Shown here piece by piece: positions 1 to 13,184 of a stretch of 64,000 nucleotides of DNA. Numbering within the stretch: the stretch's first letter is position 1; each line of letters opens with the position of its first letter. Below the pieces are notes generated by a model. It made no database searches and was not told the DNA's origin. It saw nothing but the letters and a program-made list of their open reading frames with translations. A program made the position numbers and the translations under genes. Origin of the DNA: Eledone cirrhosa (taxonomy: Eukaryota); assembly GCA_964016885.1 (NCBI GenBank), contig CAXHJY010001605.1, positions 92,936 through 156,935 on the forward strand, read 5' to 3'.

Positions 1-146
1 ATGATTTCATCAGGTGTTGATTGCAGAATTAATTGTATAAACAACATATCATAAATGGTATTTTTTGTAATGTCTAACCCAAGCTAGCGTCGAAAAATGG
101 ATCTTAAACAATGATGATGATATATATGTACAATACACATACACAC

Positions 147-217
147 ACACCAGAGAACATGTTTTTCACCAAATGACACCTGAGAACATGTTTCACCAAA
201 TGACACATGAGAACATG
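147..217. repeat. Short ~27-bp tandem repeat, about 2.5 copies
   Basis: cac(c)(a/t)gagaacatgtttcaccaaatga repeated. Confidence 0.8.
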
Positions 218-310
218 TATAAGGTTATGATGTGAGTGCATGTATGTTAAAACTGGATGCATTCTGTGCAGAAGAGACTAGTTTACTTTCTTTCAGAGGG
301 GGAGATAACT

Positions 311-377
<67 letters not shown>

Positions 378-734
378 CATACATACACTCTCAGGTCTCA
401 AATAATCACCCCCAACCCCTTATTAATTTTCCAGATTCTCTAAATGAAGAATTCTGGTTTTTAAAAAAATCAATGGAGGCAACCTAGAAAAATTACAATT
501 TTTCAAATACTCTACACTTATTCCAGCTCCCCAACACTTATTCCACCCCACCCCTCTACTAAATGGGAGCCAAGAGTACACATTACAATATAAATTGCTG
601 CTCCAGTCTGGTCCTAGTCCAATGTAACCTGTGAGTCAGTAAAACAGTCCAATACACAGCAAGGTTAACAATATTTAACCAGACATGTTGAATACGAAAC
701 TAATATAGTTGACTCTGTATTCTATGACAGTGAC

Positions 735-1106
735 GGCTTCTCTCTCTTTCTGTCACAATCTCTCTCTCTCTCTCTCTCTGTCTCACTCTCTTATTGTCTC
801 TCTCTCTCTCTCTGTTATTGTCTCTCTTTTTTATTGTCTCTCTCTCTCTCTCTCTCTGTTACTGTCTCTCTGTCTCACTCACTCTCTCTTATTGTCTCTC
901 TCTCTCTCTCTCTGTTATTGTCTCTCTTTTTTATTGTCTCTCTCTCTCTCTCTGTTATTGTCTCTCTTTTTTATTGTCTCTCTCTCTCTCTCTCTGTTAC
1001 TGTCTCTCTCTGTCTCACTCACTCTCTCTTATTGTCTCTCTCTCTCTCTCTGTCTCACTCTCTCTTATTGTCTCTCTCTCTCTCTGTTATTGTCTCTCTT
1101 TCTTAT

Positions 1107-1144
<38 letters not shown>

Positions 1145-1270
1145 ACTGTCTCTCTCTCTTATTGTCTCTATCTCTCCCTATACCTCTCTGACCAGATCTT
1201 TATCTCCTTTCCTTCCTCTCTTTTTTATCTCTGTCTCTCTGCCTCTCTGCCTCTCTGTCTCTCTGTCAAT
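735..1270. repeat. CT-rich compound microsatellite/minisatellite
   Basis: (CT)n runs punctuated by ttattg, gttactg and cactc. Confidence 0.95.
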
Positions 1271-1449
1271 CACGTTCTCCCCCCCCCCCCTCACACACAC
1301 AAAACAATTACATAAAAACCAAACCAAATTCAGATCAAGAAGCAAATTGATAAATCAATAAAAAAAAAAATCAATCAATCAATCAATCATTCAATCAATC
1401 AATCAATAAACGAGTGAGATCAATAGAGAGATCAATAAAGGTGACTTAC

Positions 1450-1529
1450 CAACTTCCTTGGCGACGGTGGAGGCAGTGATGTCATCAACATCTGGACTAA
1501 TACGAAAGGTGATTTGACCATTGTTAAGT
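1450..1529 (-). CDS. PTPRN2: Internal exon (80 nt) of an IA-2/phogrin-like receptor tyrosine phosphatase, SEA-like ectodomain; peptide (R)LNNGQITFRISPDVDDITASTVAKEV
   Basis: Minus strand reads tctattcCAG|A CTT AAC...GAA GTT G|GTAAGT, with canonical acceptor and donor and an open frame. The peptide aligns by eye with the phogrin/IA-2 ectodomain (recalled as [25 protein letters not shown]). Its phase-2 start matches the end of exon 29346-29432. Confidence 0.8.
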
Positions 1530-1807
1530 CTGGAATAGATACAAGATTTATTGTAAAAATGGTGACGAGAATAGCAAGGGCTCTCGGGTCACAGAAGAAT
1601 GGGGAGGGGGAAGGGGTGGGTGATTGGCTCTAGCCCTAGGGCACGGTGGTGTTGGGACTGCAACCACGGACAATGGCCAGTAACACCCACTACAACAGCC
1701 ACCCCACCTCACGGGGCTCCTTCCTCAGACAGGCTGCCGACGTTCTGACCTTGTGGAGGAGCTCGGCAGTACAGGGTCCAAGTATGTCTGAGGTTTCCCT
1801 AACACTC

Positions 1808-4800
1808 CACTGTAAAGTGGTCGAGGAGGTGCCACGGCAAAAAAGCACCCAGCCCACACTGTAAAGTGGTCGAGGAGATGCCACGGCAAAAAAGCACCCA
1901 GCCCACACTGTAAAGTGGTCGAGGAGGTGCCACAGCAAAAAAGCACCCAGCCCACACTGTAAAGTGGTCGTGGAGGTGCCACGGCAAAAAAGCACCCAGC
2001 CCACACTGTAAAGTGGTCGTGGAGGTGCCACGGCAAAAAAGCACCCAGCCCACACTGTAAAGTGGTCGAGGAGGTGCCACGGCAAAAAAGCGCTCAGCCC
2101 ACACTGTAAAGTGGTCGTGGAGGTGCCACGGCAAAAAAGCACCCAGCCCACACTGTAAAGTGGTCGAGGAGATGCCACGGCAAAAAAGCACCCAGCCCAC
2201 ACTGTAAAGTGGTCGAGGAGGTGCCACGGCAAAAAAGCACCCAGCCCACACTGTAAAGTGGTCGAGGAGGTGCCACGGCAAAAAAGCACTCAGCCCACAC
2301 TGTAAAGTGGTCGAGGAGGTGCCACGGCAAAAAAGCACCCAGCCCACACTGTAAAGTGGTCGAGGAGGTGCCACGGCAAAAAAGCACCCAGCCCACACTG
2401 TAAAGTGGTCGTGGAGGTGCCACGGCAAAAAAGCACCCAGCCCACACTGTAAAGTGGTCGAGGAGATGCCACGGCAAAAAAGCACTCAGCCCACACTGTA
2501 AAGTGGTCGAGGAGGTGCCACGGCAAAAAAGCACCCAGCCCACACTGTAAAGTGGTCGAGGAGGTGCCACGGCAAAAAAGCACCCAGCCCACACTGTAAA
2601 GTGGTCGTGGAGGTGCCACGGCAAAAAAGCACTCAGCCCACACTGTAAAGTGGTCGAGGAGGTGCCACAGCAAAAAAGCACCCAGCCCACACAGTAAAGT
2701 GGTCATGGAGGTTCCACGGCAAAAAAGCACCCAGCCCACACTGTAAAGTGGTCGTGGAGGTGCCACGGCAAAAAAGCACCCAGCCCACACTGTAAAGTGG
2801 TCGAGGAGGTGCCACGGCAAAAAAGCACCCAGTCCACACTGTAAAGTGGTCGAGGAGGTGCCACGGCAAAAAAGCACCCAGCCCACACTGTAAAGTGGTC
2901 GTGGAGGTGCCACGGCAAAAAAGCACCCAGCCCACACTGTAAAGTGGTCGTGGAGGTGCCACGGCAAAAAAGCACCCAGCCCACACTGTAAAGTGGTCGA
3001 GGAGGTGTCACGGCAAAAAAGCACTCAGCCCACACTGTAAAGTGGTTGAGGAGGTTCCACGGCAAAAAAGCACTCAGCCCACACTGTAAAGTGGTCGAGG
3101 AGGTGCCACGGCAAAAAAGCACCCAGCCCACACTGTAACGTGGTCATGGAGGTTCCACAGCAAAAAAGCACCCAGCCCACACTGTAAAGTGGTCGTGGAG
3201 GTGCCACGGCAAAAAAGCACCCAGCCCACACTGTAAAGTGGTCGAGGAGGTGCCACGGCAAAAAAGCACCCAGTCCACAATGTAAAGTGTTCGAGGAGGT
3301 GTTACGGCAAAAAAGCACCCAGCCCACACTGTAAAGTGGTCGTGGAGGTGCCACGGCAAAAAAGCACTCAGCCCACACTGTAAAGTAGTCGAGGAGGTGC
3401 CACGGCAAAAAAGCACCCAGCCCACACTGTAAAGAGGTCGAGGAGGTGCCACGGCAAAAAAGCACTCAGCCCACACTGTAAAGTGGTCGAGGAGGTGCCA
3501 CGGCAAAAAAGCACCCAGCCCACACTGTAAAGTGGTCGAGGAGGTGCCACGGCAAAAAAGCACCCAGCCCACACTGTAAAGTGGTCGAGGAGGTGCCACG
3601 GCAAAAAAGCACCCAGCCCACACTGTAAAGTGGTCGAGGAGGTTCCACAGCAAAAAAGCACTCAGCCCACACTGTAAAGTGGTCGAGGAGGTGCCACAGC
3701 AAAAAAGCACCCAGCCCACACTGTAAAGTGGTCGTGGAGGTGCCACGGCAAAAAAGCACCCAGCTCACACTGTAAAGTGGTCGAGGAGGTGCCACGGCAA
3801 AAAAGCACTCAGCCCACACTGTAAAGTGGTCGAGGAGGTGCCACGGCAAAAAAGCACCCAGCCCACACTGTAAAGTGGTCGAGGAGGTGCCACGGCAAAA
3901 AAGCACTCAGCCCACACTGTAAAGTGGTCGAGGAGGTGCCACGGCAAAAAAGCACCCAGCCCACACTGTAAAGTGGTCGTGGAGGTGCCACGGCAAAAAA
4001 GCACCCAGCTCACACTGTAAAGTGGTCGAGGAGGTGCCACGGCAAAAAAGCACTCAGCCCACACTGTAAAGTGGTCGAGGAGGTGCCACGGCAAAAAAGC
4101 ACCCAGCCCACACTGTAAAGTGGTCATGGAGGTTCCACAGCAAAAAAGCACTCAGCCCACACTGTAAAGTGGTCGAGGAGGTGCCACAGCAAAAAAGCAC
4201 CCAGCCCACACTGTAAAGTGGTCATGGAGGTTCCACAGCAAAAAAGCACTCAGCCCACACTGTAAAGTGGTCGAGGAGGTGCCACAGCAAAAAAGCACCC
4301 AGCCCACACTGTAAAGTGGTCGAGGAGGTGTCACGGCAAAAAAGCACCCAGCCCACACTGTAAAGTGGTCGAGGAGGTGTCACGGCAAAAAAGCACTCAG
4401 CCCACACTGTAAAGTGGTTGAGGAGGTTCCACGGCAAAAAAGCACTCAGCCCACACTGTAAAGTGGTTGAGGAGGTGTCACGGCAAAAAAGCACCGAGCC
4501 CACACTGTAACGTGGTCATGGAGGTTCCACAGCAAAAAAGCACCCAGCCCACACTGTAAAGTGGTCGTGGAGGTGCCACGGCAAAAAAGCACCCAGCCCA
4601 CACTGTAAAGTGGTCGAGGAGGTGCCACGGCAAAAAAGCACCCAGTCCACACTGTAAAGTGGTCGAGGAGGTGCCACGGCAAAAAAGCACCCAGCCCACA
4701 CTGTAAAGTGGTCGTGGAGGTGCCACGGCAAAAAAGCACCCAGCTCACACTGTAAAGTGGTCGAGGAGGTGCCATGGCAAAAAAGCACCCAGCCCACACT

Positions 4801-6030
4801 GTAAAGTGGTCGAGGAGGTGCCATGGCAAAAAAGCACCCAGCCCACACTGTAAAGTGGTCATGGAGGTTCCACAGCAAAAAAGCACTCAGCCCACACTGT
4901 AAAGTGGTCGAGGAGGTGCCACAGCAAAAAAGCACCCAGTCCACACTGTAAAGTGGTCGAGGAGGTGTCACGGCAAAAAAGCACCCAGCCCACACTATAA
5001 AGTGGGTATGGAGGTGCCACGGCAAAAAAGCACTCAGCCCACACTGTAAAGTGGTTGAGGAGGTTCCACGGCAAAAAAGCACCCAGCCCACACTGTAACG
5101 TGGTCATGGAGGTTCCACAGCAAAAAAGCACCCAGCCCACACTGTAAAGTGGTCGTGGAGGTGCCACGGCAAAAAAGCACCCAGCCCACACTGTAAAGTG
5201 GTCGTGGAGGTGCCACGGCAAAAAAGCACCCAGTTCACACTGTAAAGTGGTCGAGGAGGTGCCACGGCAAAAAAGCACTCAGCCCACACTGTAAAGTGGT
5301 CGAGGAGGTGCCACGGCAAAAAAGCACCCAGCCCACACTGTAAAGTGGTTGTGGAGGTGCCACGGCAAAAAAGCACCCAGCCCACACTGTAAAGTGGTCG
5401 AGGAGGTGCCACGGCAAAAAAGCACCCAGTCCACAATGTAAAGTGGTCGAGGAGGTGTCACGGCAAAAAAGCACCCAGCCCACACTGTAAAGTGGTCGTG
5501 GAGGTGCCACGGCAAAAAAGCACCCAGCCCACACTGTAAAGTGGTCGAGGAGGTGCCACGGCAAAAAAGCACCCAGCACACACTGTAAAGTGGTCGAGGA
5601 GGTTCCACAGCAAAAAAGCACTCAGCCCACACTGTAAAGTGGTCGAGGAGGTGCCACAGCTAAAAAGCACCCAGCCCACACTGTAAAGTGGTCGTGGAGG
5701 TGCCACGGCAAAAAAGCACCCAGCCCACACTGTAAAGTGGTCGAGGAGGTGCCACGGCAAAAAAGCACCCAGCCCACACTGTAAAGTGGTCGAGGAGGTT
5801 CCACAGCAAAAAAGCACTCAGCCCACACTGTAAAGTGGTCGAGGAGGTGCCACAGCAAAAAAGCACCCAGCCCACACTGTAAAGTAGTCGAGGAGGTGTC
5901 ACGGCAAAAGAGCACTCAGCCCACACTGTAAAGTGGTTGAGGAGGTTCCACGGCAAAAAAGCACTCAGCCCACACTGTAAAGTGGTCATGGAGGCGCAAC
6001 GGAAAAAAAGCACCCAGCCCACACTGTAAA
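1808..6030 (+). repeat. 49-bp tandem array (~86 copies) derived from an internal SINE segment
   Basis: Unit ccacactgtaaagtggtcgaggaggtgccacggcaaaaaagcacccagc. The array runs on into normal SINE sequence (tgaggttggtgtaggaaggg) at 6031. Confidence 0.97.
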
Positions 6031-6054
6031 TGAGGTTGGTGTAGGAAGGGAATT

Positions 6055-6335
6055 ATCGGATTGACAGTATTGGTAGAGAGTCGGACGCCATCCTTCCAGC
6101 GTAGAGTTACGTCCCTTTACGGACTGAGTTCAAATCCTGCAATTGGATTGCATTCAGAGGTGGTATGGCAAGATGAACACTCGATGCTCTTCAGGAACAG
6201 AGTATCGATAATAATTGTTTCTAGTTTTGGCACAAGGCCAGCAATAACCCATTACATTACTGGTACTTTATTTTATCGACCCCGTAAGGATGAAAGACAA
6301 AGTTAACCTCAGCGGGATTTGAACTCAGAGGTAGT
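6055..6335. mobile_element. Fragments of SINE family 2 in both orientations
   Basis: Match pieces of the full copies at 34013-34203 and 12997-13184. Confidence 0.7.
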
Positions 6336-6336
6336 A

Positions 6337-6632
6337 AAGAATCAGTGTTACATGATATCATCATCATTGTTTAACGTCTATCTTCCACGCTAGCATGGGT
6401 TATACATATCTAATTATTACACATTACATATGTTTCTCTGCTGATCAGCTCGAGGAAAGATTGATTATGTTCGTTCCTGACTCTGGAATCGGAAGCTCCT
6501 CAGATATGTGTTCACATGTAGACTCACGTTGAAATGTCAGGAATGAACACCATTGATCATTCCTCGAGCCGTTCGGCAGTGAAACATATGTAATATGTAA
6601 TTAAATATGTAAATCATGCAACACTGATTCTT
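6337..6632. mobile_element. Imperfect fold-back element, family B (related copy at 30471-30640)
   Basis: Inverted arms aagaatcagtgttacatga/tcatgcaacactgattctt and attacatatgtttc...cctga/tcagg...gaaacatatgtaat. Confidence 0.7.
6419..6509 (-). ncRNA. Type I hammerhead ribozyme motif with extended (60-nt) stem II
   Basis: Minus strand: ACATAT-CTGAGGA-[60 nt]-GAAA-CATATG-TA-ATGTGT. Stem I is 6 bp and stem III is palindromic. Confidence 0.6.
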
Positions 6633-6649
6633 TGTTTCCGAATTATTTT

Positions 6650-6915
6650 ATCATCATCATCATCATCACCGTTTTACGTCCGTTCTTCCACGCTAGCATG
6701 GGTTAGACGGGTTGTCCTGTTGTGGGCAGTGTCTGTTCGGCTGACCATGCCTTGCTCATACAGGAACTGATCTGGCTTGATTTCTACAGCTGGATGCCCT
6801 TCCTAACACCCACCTCATTTACAGTGAGTGCTGGGTGCTTTTTCGTGACGCCTACACGTCCACTTTACAGTGTGGGCTGGGTGCTTTTTTGCCGTGGCAC
6901 CTCCACGACCACCTT
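6650..6915 (-). mobile_element. SINE family 1, 3' part with (GAT)n tail and two internal 49-bp units
   Basis: Reverse complement of the SINE 3' end seen at 10800-10975. Confidence 0.85.
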
Positions 6916-7414
6916 GCGGTGGGGGGGGGGGCATATTGTTTATATATATATATATGATATGTATATATGATATATGATAGATATAAACAGATAAAATAAA
7001 GATGGCGTAGATATACAATAGAACAGAAGGAACATAATAGCACCACTGACGATGTTACAGATGTGCAACGAAAGAACTTTGTTAGACTATATATATGTGT
7101 TTGTGTCTATATTATATCTGTATTTTTGACCATTGGTCAGTCAATGGTAAACATTGAGGACCGAATAAATTAACTGATATAAAAGATACAGAAGCGAAAT
7201 CCAACCAAACAGTGAGTGTGTTATTAATTCTGGCAATATTATTACAATATGGGCGGTGAATTGGCAGTATCGGTAGAGGGTCGGACACCATGCTTTAACA
7301 TATAGAGTTACGCCCCTTGTCCACCGGCGAAACAATTGTAACACACAATAAATTGAGTTCAGATGCATCACTGATTTTTCGTTTTATATTATATATATAT
7401 ACATACATCACACA

Positions 7415-7622
7415 CACTCCAGTTTACTCAGCTGTAGAAATGAGATGATAGGGACTGGGGTACCTATCATTCCACTGTGAAGGTGCCATGGCAAAAAAGC
7501 ACCCAGCACTCACTGTAAATGAGGTTGGTGTTAGGAAGGGCATCCAGCTGTAGAAATCAAGCCAGAATCAGTTCCTGTCCCACCCTTGCAAGCAGGGAAA
7601 AGCAGACGTGATGATGATGATG
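7415..7622 (+). mobile_element. SINE family 1, 5'-truncated
   Basis: ctccagtttactcagctgtagaaatgag...ttaggaagggcatccagctgtagaaa...gatgatg. Confidence 0.85.
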
Positions 7623-7991
7623 ATACATCACACACACACATATTGTACCAGTAATAATCACCAACATCACAATATTTGAACATTCAGTTAACTGCTCCCA
7701 CCCGTCCATCAAGCACTCCACCCTGCCAGAGACCTTCAACACACCTCCCTTCTTTGGCCACACCCAACCCTGTGACCTTAAAACTTCCCCTTCCCCCAAC
7801 CTCTCTTCTTCTTCCCCTGTCTTCCTCTATCTCCCCCCCCTCTCTTATTCTTCTTACTCAAGTCAAAAGGGTTGTGTAAATTGACTAAGGTTCTTCCTAC
7901 TTCTAAACAATATGGAAGCCAAGCCATTTCCTCTGCCCACCGGCAGTCTCATGTAATGACAGCCACGCTGATGGTATTACATTCTGCTCTC

Positions 7992-9480
7992 ATACACACA
8001 CACAGAAGACACAGATACACACACACACACACAGGTGACACAGATACACACACACACACATACAGAAGACACAGATACACACACACAGAAGACACACACA
8101 GAAGACACAGATACACACACACAGAAGACACACACAGAAGACACAGATACACACACACACACACACACAGAAGACACAGATACACACACACACACACAGA
8201 AGACACAGATACACACACACACACAGGTGACACAGATACACACACACAGAAGACACACACACACAGAAGACACACACAGACAGAAGACACACACAGACAG
8301 AAGACACACACAGACAGAAGACACACACACATACAGAAGACACAGATACACACACACAGAAGACACACACACACACACACACACAGGTGACACAGATACA
8401 TACACACAGAAGACACACAGAGACAGAAGACACACACAGACAGAAGACACACACACAGACAGAAGACACACACACACACAGAAGACACAGATACACACAC
8501 ACAGAAGACACAGATACACACACACAGAAGACACAGATACACACACACACAGACAGAAGACACACACACACACAGAAGACACACACAGAAGATACACACA
8601 CACACAGAAGACACACACACACAGAAGACACACACACACACAGAAGATACACACACACACAGACAGAAGACACACACACACACACAGAAGACACACACAG
8701 ACAGAAGACACAGATACACACACACACACACACAGGTGACACAGATACACACACACACAGAAGATACACACACACAAAAGACACACACAGACAGAAGACA
8801 CCGATACACATACACACACACACAGACAGAAGACACCGATACACATACACACACAGACAGAAGACACAGATACACACACACAGAAGACACACACAGACAG
8901 AAGACACACACACACAGAAGACACACACAGACAGAAGACACACACACACAGAAGACACACACACACAGAAGACACACACAGACAGAAGACACACACACAC
9001 AGAAGACACACACACACAGAAGACACACACAGACAGAAGACACACACACACAGAAGATACACACACACAGAAGATACACACACACAGAAGACACACACAG
9101 ACACAGAAGACACAGATACACACACACAGGTGACACAGATACACACACAGAGACATACACACAGACACACATACAGACACACACACAGACATACACACAT
9201 ACTTACACACAAACACAGACATACACACACACACACACACACAAAAACACAGACATACACACACAAACACACACACACACACAGAAACACACAGACATAC
9301 AGACAGACACACACAGACACACACATATACATACACAGACTTACACACAAACACACTTACACACACATACTTACATACAAACACATTCACAGACACACAA
9401 AACACAAACACACACATACACACAACACACATACACACACACACAAACACACAACACACATACACACAAACACTCAGACT
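7992..9480. repeat. CA-rich compound minisatellite (acagaagacac/acagatacac)
   Basis: Directly visible. Confidence 0.95.
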
Positions 9481-9647
9481 GGCACATTGCGAGATACATA
9501 CACAGGACAGAAACAACAACAACAACAACATTAACAGGAATAATAGTTTCTGATTTTAGGCACAAGGCCAACAATTTTGTGGGGAGGAGAAAGTCGGTGG
9601 AATGAACCCCAGTACATTACTGGTACTTTATATCATTGACCCTGTAA

Positions 9648-10975
9648 GCACATGGCCAAGTGGTTAGAGCATTGGGCTTGCAATCGAAAGGTTGTGAGTT
9701 CAATTCTCAGACCGGGTGACGTGTTGTTTCCTTGAGCAAGACACTTTATTTCACATTGCTCTAGTTTACTCAGCTGTAGAAATGAGATGATAGGGACTGG
9801 GGTCCCTATCATTCCACTGCAAAGTGGTCGTGGAGGTGCCACGGCAAAAAAGCACCCAGCCCACACTGTAAATTGGTCGTGGAGGTGCGATGGCAAAAAA
9901 GCACCCAGCCCACACTGTAAATTGGTCGTGGAGGTGCGATGGCAAAAAAGCACCCAGCCCACACTGTAAATTGGTCGTGGAGGTGCGATGGCAAAAAAGC
10001 ACCCAGCCCACACTGTAAATTGGTCGTGGAGGTGCGACGGCAAAAAAGCACCCAGCCCACACTGTAAATTGGTCGTGGAGGTGCGATGGCAAAAAAGCAC
10101 CCAGCCCACACTGTAAATTGGTCGTGGAGGTGCGATGGCAAAAAAGCACCCAGCCCACACTGTAAATTGGTCGTGGAGGTGCGACGGCAAAAAAAATCAC
10201 CCAGCCCACACTGTAAATTGGTCGTGTAGGTGCCACGGAAAAAGAAGCACCCAGCCCACACTGTAAATTGGTCATGGAGGTGCCACGGAAAAAAAAGCAC
10301 CCAGCCCACACTGTAAAGTGGATGTGGAGGTGCCACGGAAAAAGAAGCACCCAGCCCACACTGTAAAGTGGTCGTGTAGGTGTCACGGAAAAAGAAGCAC
10401 CCAGCCCACACTGTAAAGTGGTCGTGTAGGTGCCACGGAAAAAGAAGCACCCAGCCCACACTGTAAAATGGTCGTGTAGGTGCCACGGAAAAAGAAGCAC
10501 CCAGCCCACACTGTAAAGTGGTCGTGTAGGTGCCACGGAAAAAGAAGCACCCAGCCCACACTGTAAAGTGGATGTGAAGGTGCCACGGAAAAAGAAGCAC
10601 CCAGCCCACACTGTAAAGTGGTCGTGTAGGTGTCACGGAAAAAGAAGCACCCAGCCCACACTGTAAAGTGGTCGTGTAGGTGTCACGGAAAAAGAAGCAC
10701 CCAGCCCACACTGTAAAATGGTCGTGTAGGTGCCACGGAAAAAGAAGCAGCCAGCCCACACTGTAAAATGGTCGTGTAGGTGTCACGGAAAAAGAAGCAC
10801 CCAGCACTCACTGTAAATGAGGTTGGTGTTAGGAAGGGCATCCAGCTGTAGAAATCAAGCCAGAATCAGTTCTCGTATGAGCAAGACAAGGTCAGCCGAC
10901 CGGACACTGCCCACAACAGGACAACCCGTCTAACCCATGCTAGCGTGAAAGAACGGACGTAAAAACGGTGATGAT
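9648..10975 (+). mobile_element. Full-length tRNA-derived CORE-like SINE (family 1) with its internal 49/50-bp unit expanded to ~20 copies (9814-10816)
   Basis: tRNA-like head (tggccaagtggttagagc...gagttcaattc), CORE-like ccttgagcaagacacttta...actcagctgtagaaatg, the array, then the RTE-type tail and (GAT)n. Confidence 0.9.
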
Positions 10976-11114
10976 GATAGTGATAATCATGATGATGATG
11001 ATGATGATTATGGTGATTATTATGCTGGTGATGATGGTGATGACATTGGTGATGATTATGATGATGATGATGATGATGATGATGATAGTGATGATGATGA
11101 TGATGATAGTGATG

Positions 11115-11164
<50 letters not shown>

Positions 11165-11380
11165 GATGGTGATGATGGTGATGGTGATGATGATGGTGAT
11201 GATGGTGGTGATGATGATGATTATTATGATGGTGATAGTGATGATGATGATGATGGTGATGATGGTGATGGTGATGGTGATGATGACAATGATGATGATT
11301 ATTATGGTGATGATGATGATGATGATGATGATGACAATGGTGGTGCTGATGGTGATGGTGATGATGATGACGATGACAAT
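10968..11380. repeat. (GAT/GGT)n microsatellite, an expanded SINE tail
   Basis: Directly visible. Confidence 0.95.
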
Positions 11381-11519
11381 AGAATGGTGGAATGAGACAG
11401 CGAAGGTGAGGCCTTCAGCAGAATTGTACGGCCAACACTTCAAATGGGTGAAAACCTTCAAGAATCAAAACAATTTAAAGCAATGGCCACAACAACAACA
11501 ACAACAACAACAAAAACAA

Positions 11520-12235
11520 CAACAACAACATCTAATTTAGGCACAAGGCCAGCAATTTTAAGGGAGTTGAAGTCAAATCGACCCCAGTCTCTTACTGGTA
11601 CTTTATCAATTCTGTAAGGATGAAAGGCAAAGCTATCCTCAGCAGGATTTGAACTATGAATGTAAAGGGACGTAACTATATGACACAAAGCATGTTGTCC
11701 AACGCTCTACTGATTCTGTTAATCCACCACACTAATAATTTCTGATTTAGGAACAAGGCCAGCAATTTTGGGGGTAGGGAGAGTAGATTAAAATGACCCC
11801 AGTGTATTACTGGTTCTTTATTATTTTATTGAAGCTCTGTAAGGATGAAAGACAAAGCTAACCTCGGCAGGATTTGAACTCAGATCGTAAAGGGCCAGAA
11901 CAAACACCACAGAGTATTTTGTCTGACGCTCTAACGATTCTGCAAACATAATAAATAATAATAATAATAATAGTTTCTACTTTAGGCACAAGGCCAGCAA
12001 ATACCCAGTGCATTACTGGTACTTTATTTTATCGACCCCATAAGGATGAAAGGCAAAGTTAACCTCGGCGGGATTTGAACTCAGATCGTAATAATAGTTT
12101 CTAATTTAGGCACAAGGCCAGTAAGGATGAAAGGCAAAGCTAACCTCGGTGGGGTTTCAACTCAGAATGTAAAGGGCCGTAACTACATCCTACAAAGCAT
12201 GTTATCCAATGCTCCACCAATTACCCGCCAACTCA
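11520..12235 (-). mobile_element. Cluster of four tandem SINE family 2 copies or fragments
   Basis: Repeated ttaggcacaaggccagc...aaggatgaaaggcaaag...ggatttgaactcaga. Confidence 0.8.
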
Positions 12236-12519
12236 GTTTGAAATAATAGGTAAAAATACCCAAGTGATCTTGGTTATAAACTGCAGCTTCAATATAATAA
12301 ATTGGAAGATGAGTTTAACTGAAGATTGAGAATAAAATAAAATGGGGAAGCTATCAATAGTGTTCTGAAGCCAACACACTAAAGCTGGTACAGACAGAAT
12401 TTCCCTACACTGCCTGTAAGGAGGAAGGGCTTCATATAAATTGAAAATTGCTACAAAGTAACAATAACAAAAAGACAAACACTATATAAAACATAACACA
12501 ACCCACACAACATATACTA

Positions 12520-13000
12520 AGTCCACCCTGTAAACTGATACAGTGTCACGTGAACAAAAGCACACATTCAACCCTGGAAGGGGGTCATGTTGGTGACAAG
12601 AAAAAGCACCAAGTTCACCCTGGAAGGTGGTTGTGCTGGTAACACAACAAAAAGCACCTAGTTCACCCCATAAGGGAGTCATGCTGGTGACACAACAAAA
12701 ATCACCCACTCCATCCTGTAAGGTGGTCATATTGGTGACAACAAAAAGCGACCCAGTCCACACCGTAATGGGGTCATATTGGTGACACAGCAACCAGTTA
12801 GATGGTTGTTTTGATGCCTCGATATAAAATACCCAGTCCACACTGTAACACGTTTGGTGTTACGAAGGACATCCTGTCTTAGGGACCAGTCCAAAATTAC
12901 AGAACCTTATGAACAGGATCACCTGACATGACTTATAACATCACAACCTGTCTAACCCATGCTATCATGGAAAAATAGATGTTAAATGATGATGATAATT
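12520..13000 (+). mobile_element. Old diverged SINE/LINE 3' end with a decayed ~48-bp array (about 6-7 units)
   Basis: Repeated ggtgaca..aaaaagcacc.agt.caccctg.aag, followed by ttggtgttacgaaggacatcc and ctaacccatgctatcatgg. Confidence 0.7.
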
Positions 13001-13184
13001 GTTTCTACTTTAGGTACAAGGCCAGCAATTACCCAGTGCATTACTGGTACTTTATTTTATCGACCCCGTAAGGATGAAAGGCAAAGTCAACCTCGGCGGG
13101 ATTTGAACTCAGATCGTAAAGGGACGTAACTATGCTGGAAAGCATGGCATCCGACCCTCTACCGATACTGCCAATCCACCGCCC
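12997..13184 (-). mobile_element. SINE family 2, full length
   Basis: Reverse complement of 34013-34203. Confidence 0.9.

Noticed and set aside
386-579. Possible MITE with actct...agagt ends
   Set aside because: Terminal similarity is too weak and no TSD is evident.
1690-6022. Many overlapping Cys/Trp-rich ORFs (also at 9633-10807 and 30729-32881)
   Set aside because: Frame-cycling translations of the 49-bp SINE-derived unit.
7046-7090. CTGACGA-stem-GAAA hammerhead-like core
   Set aside because: No convincing stem I, stem III or cleavage triplet; at most a decayed remnant.
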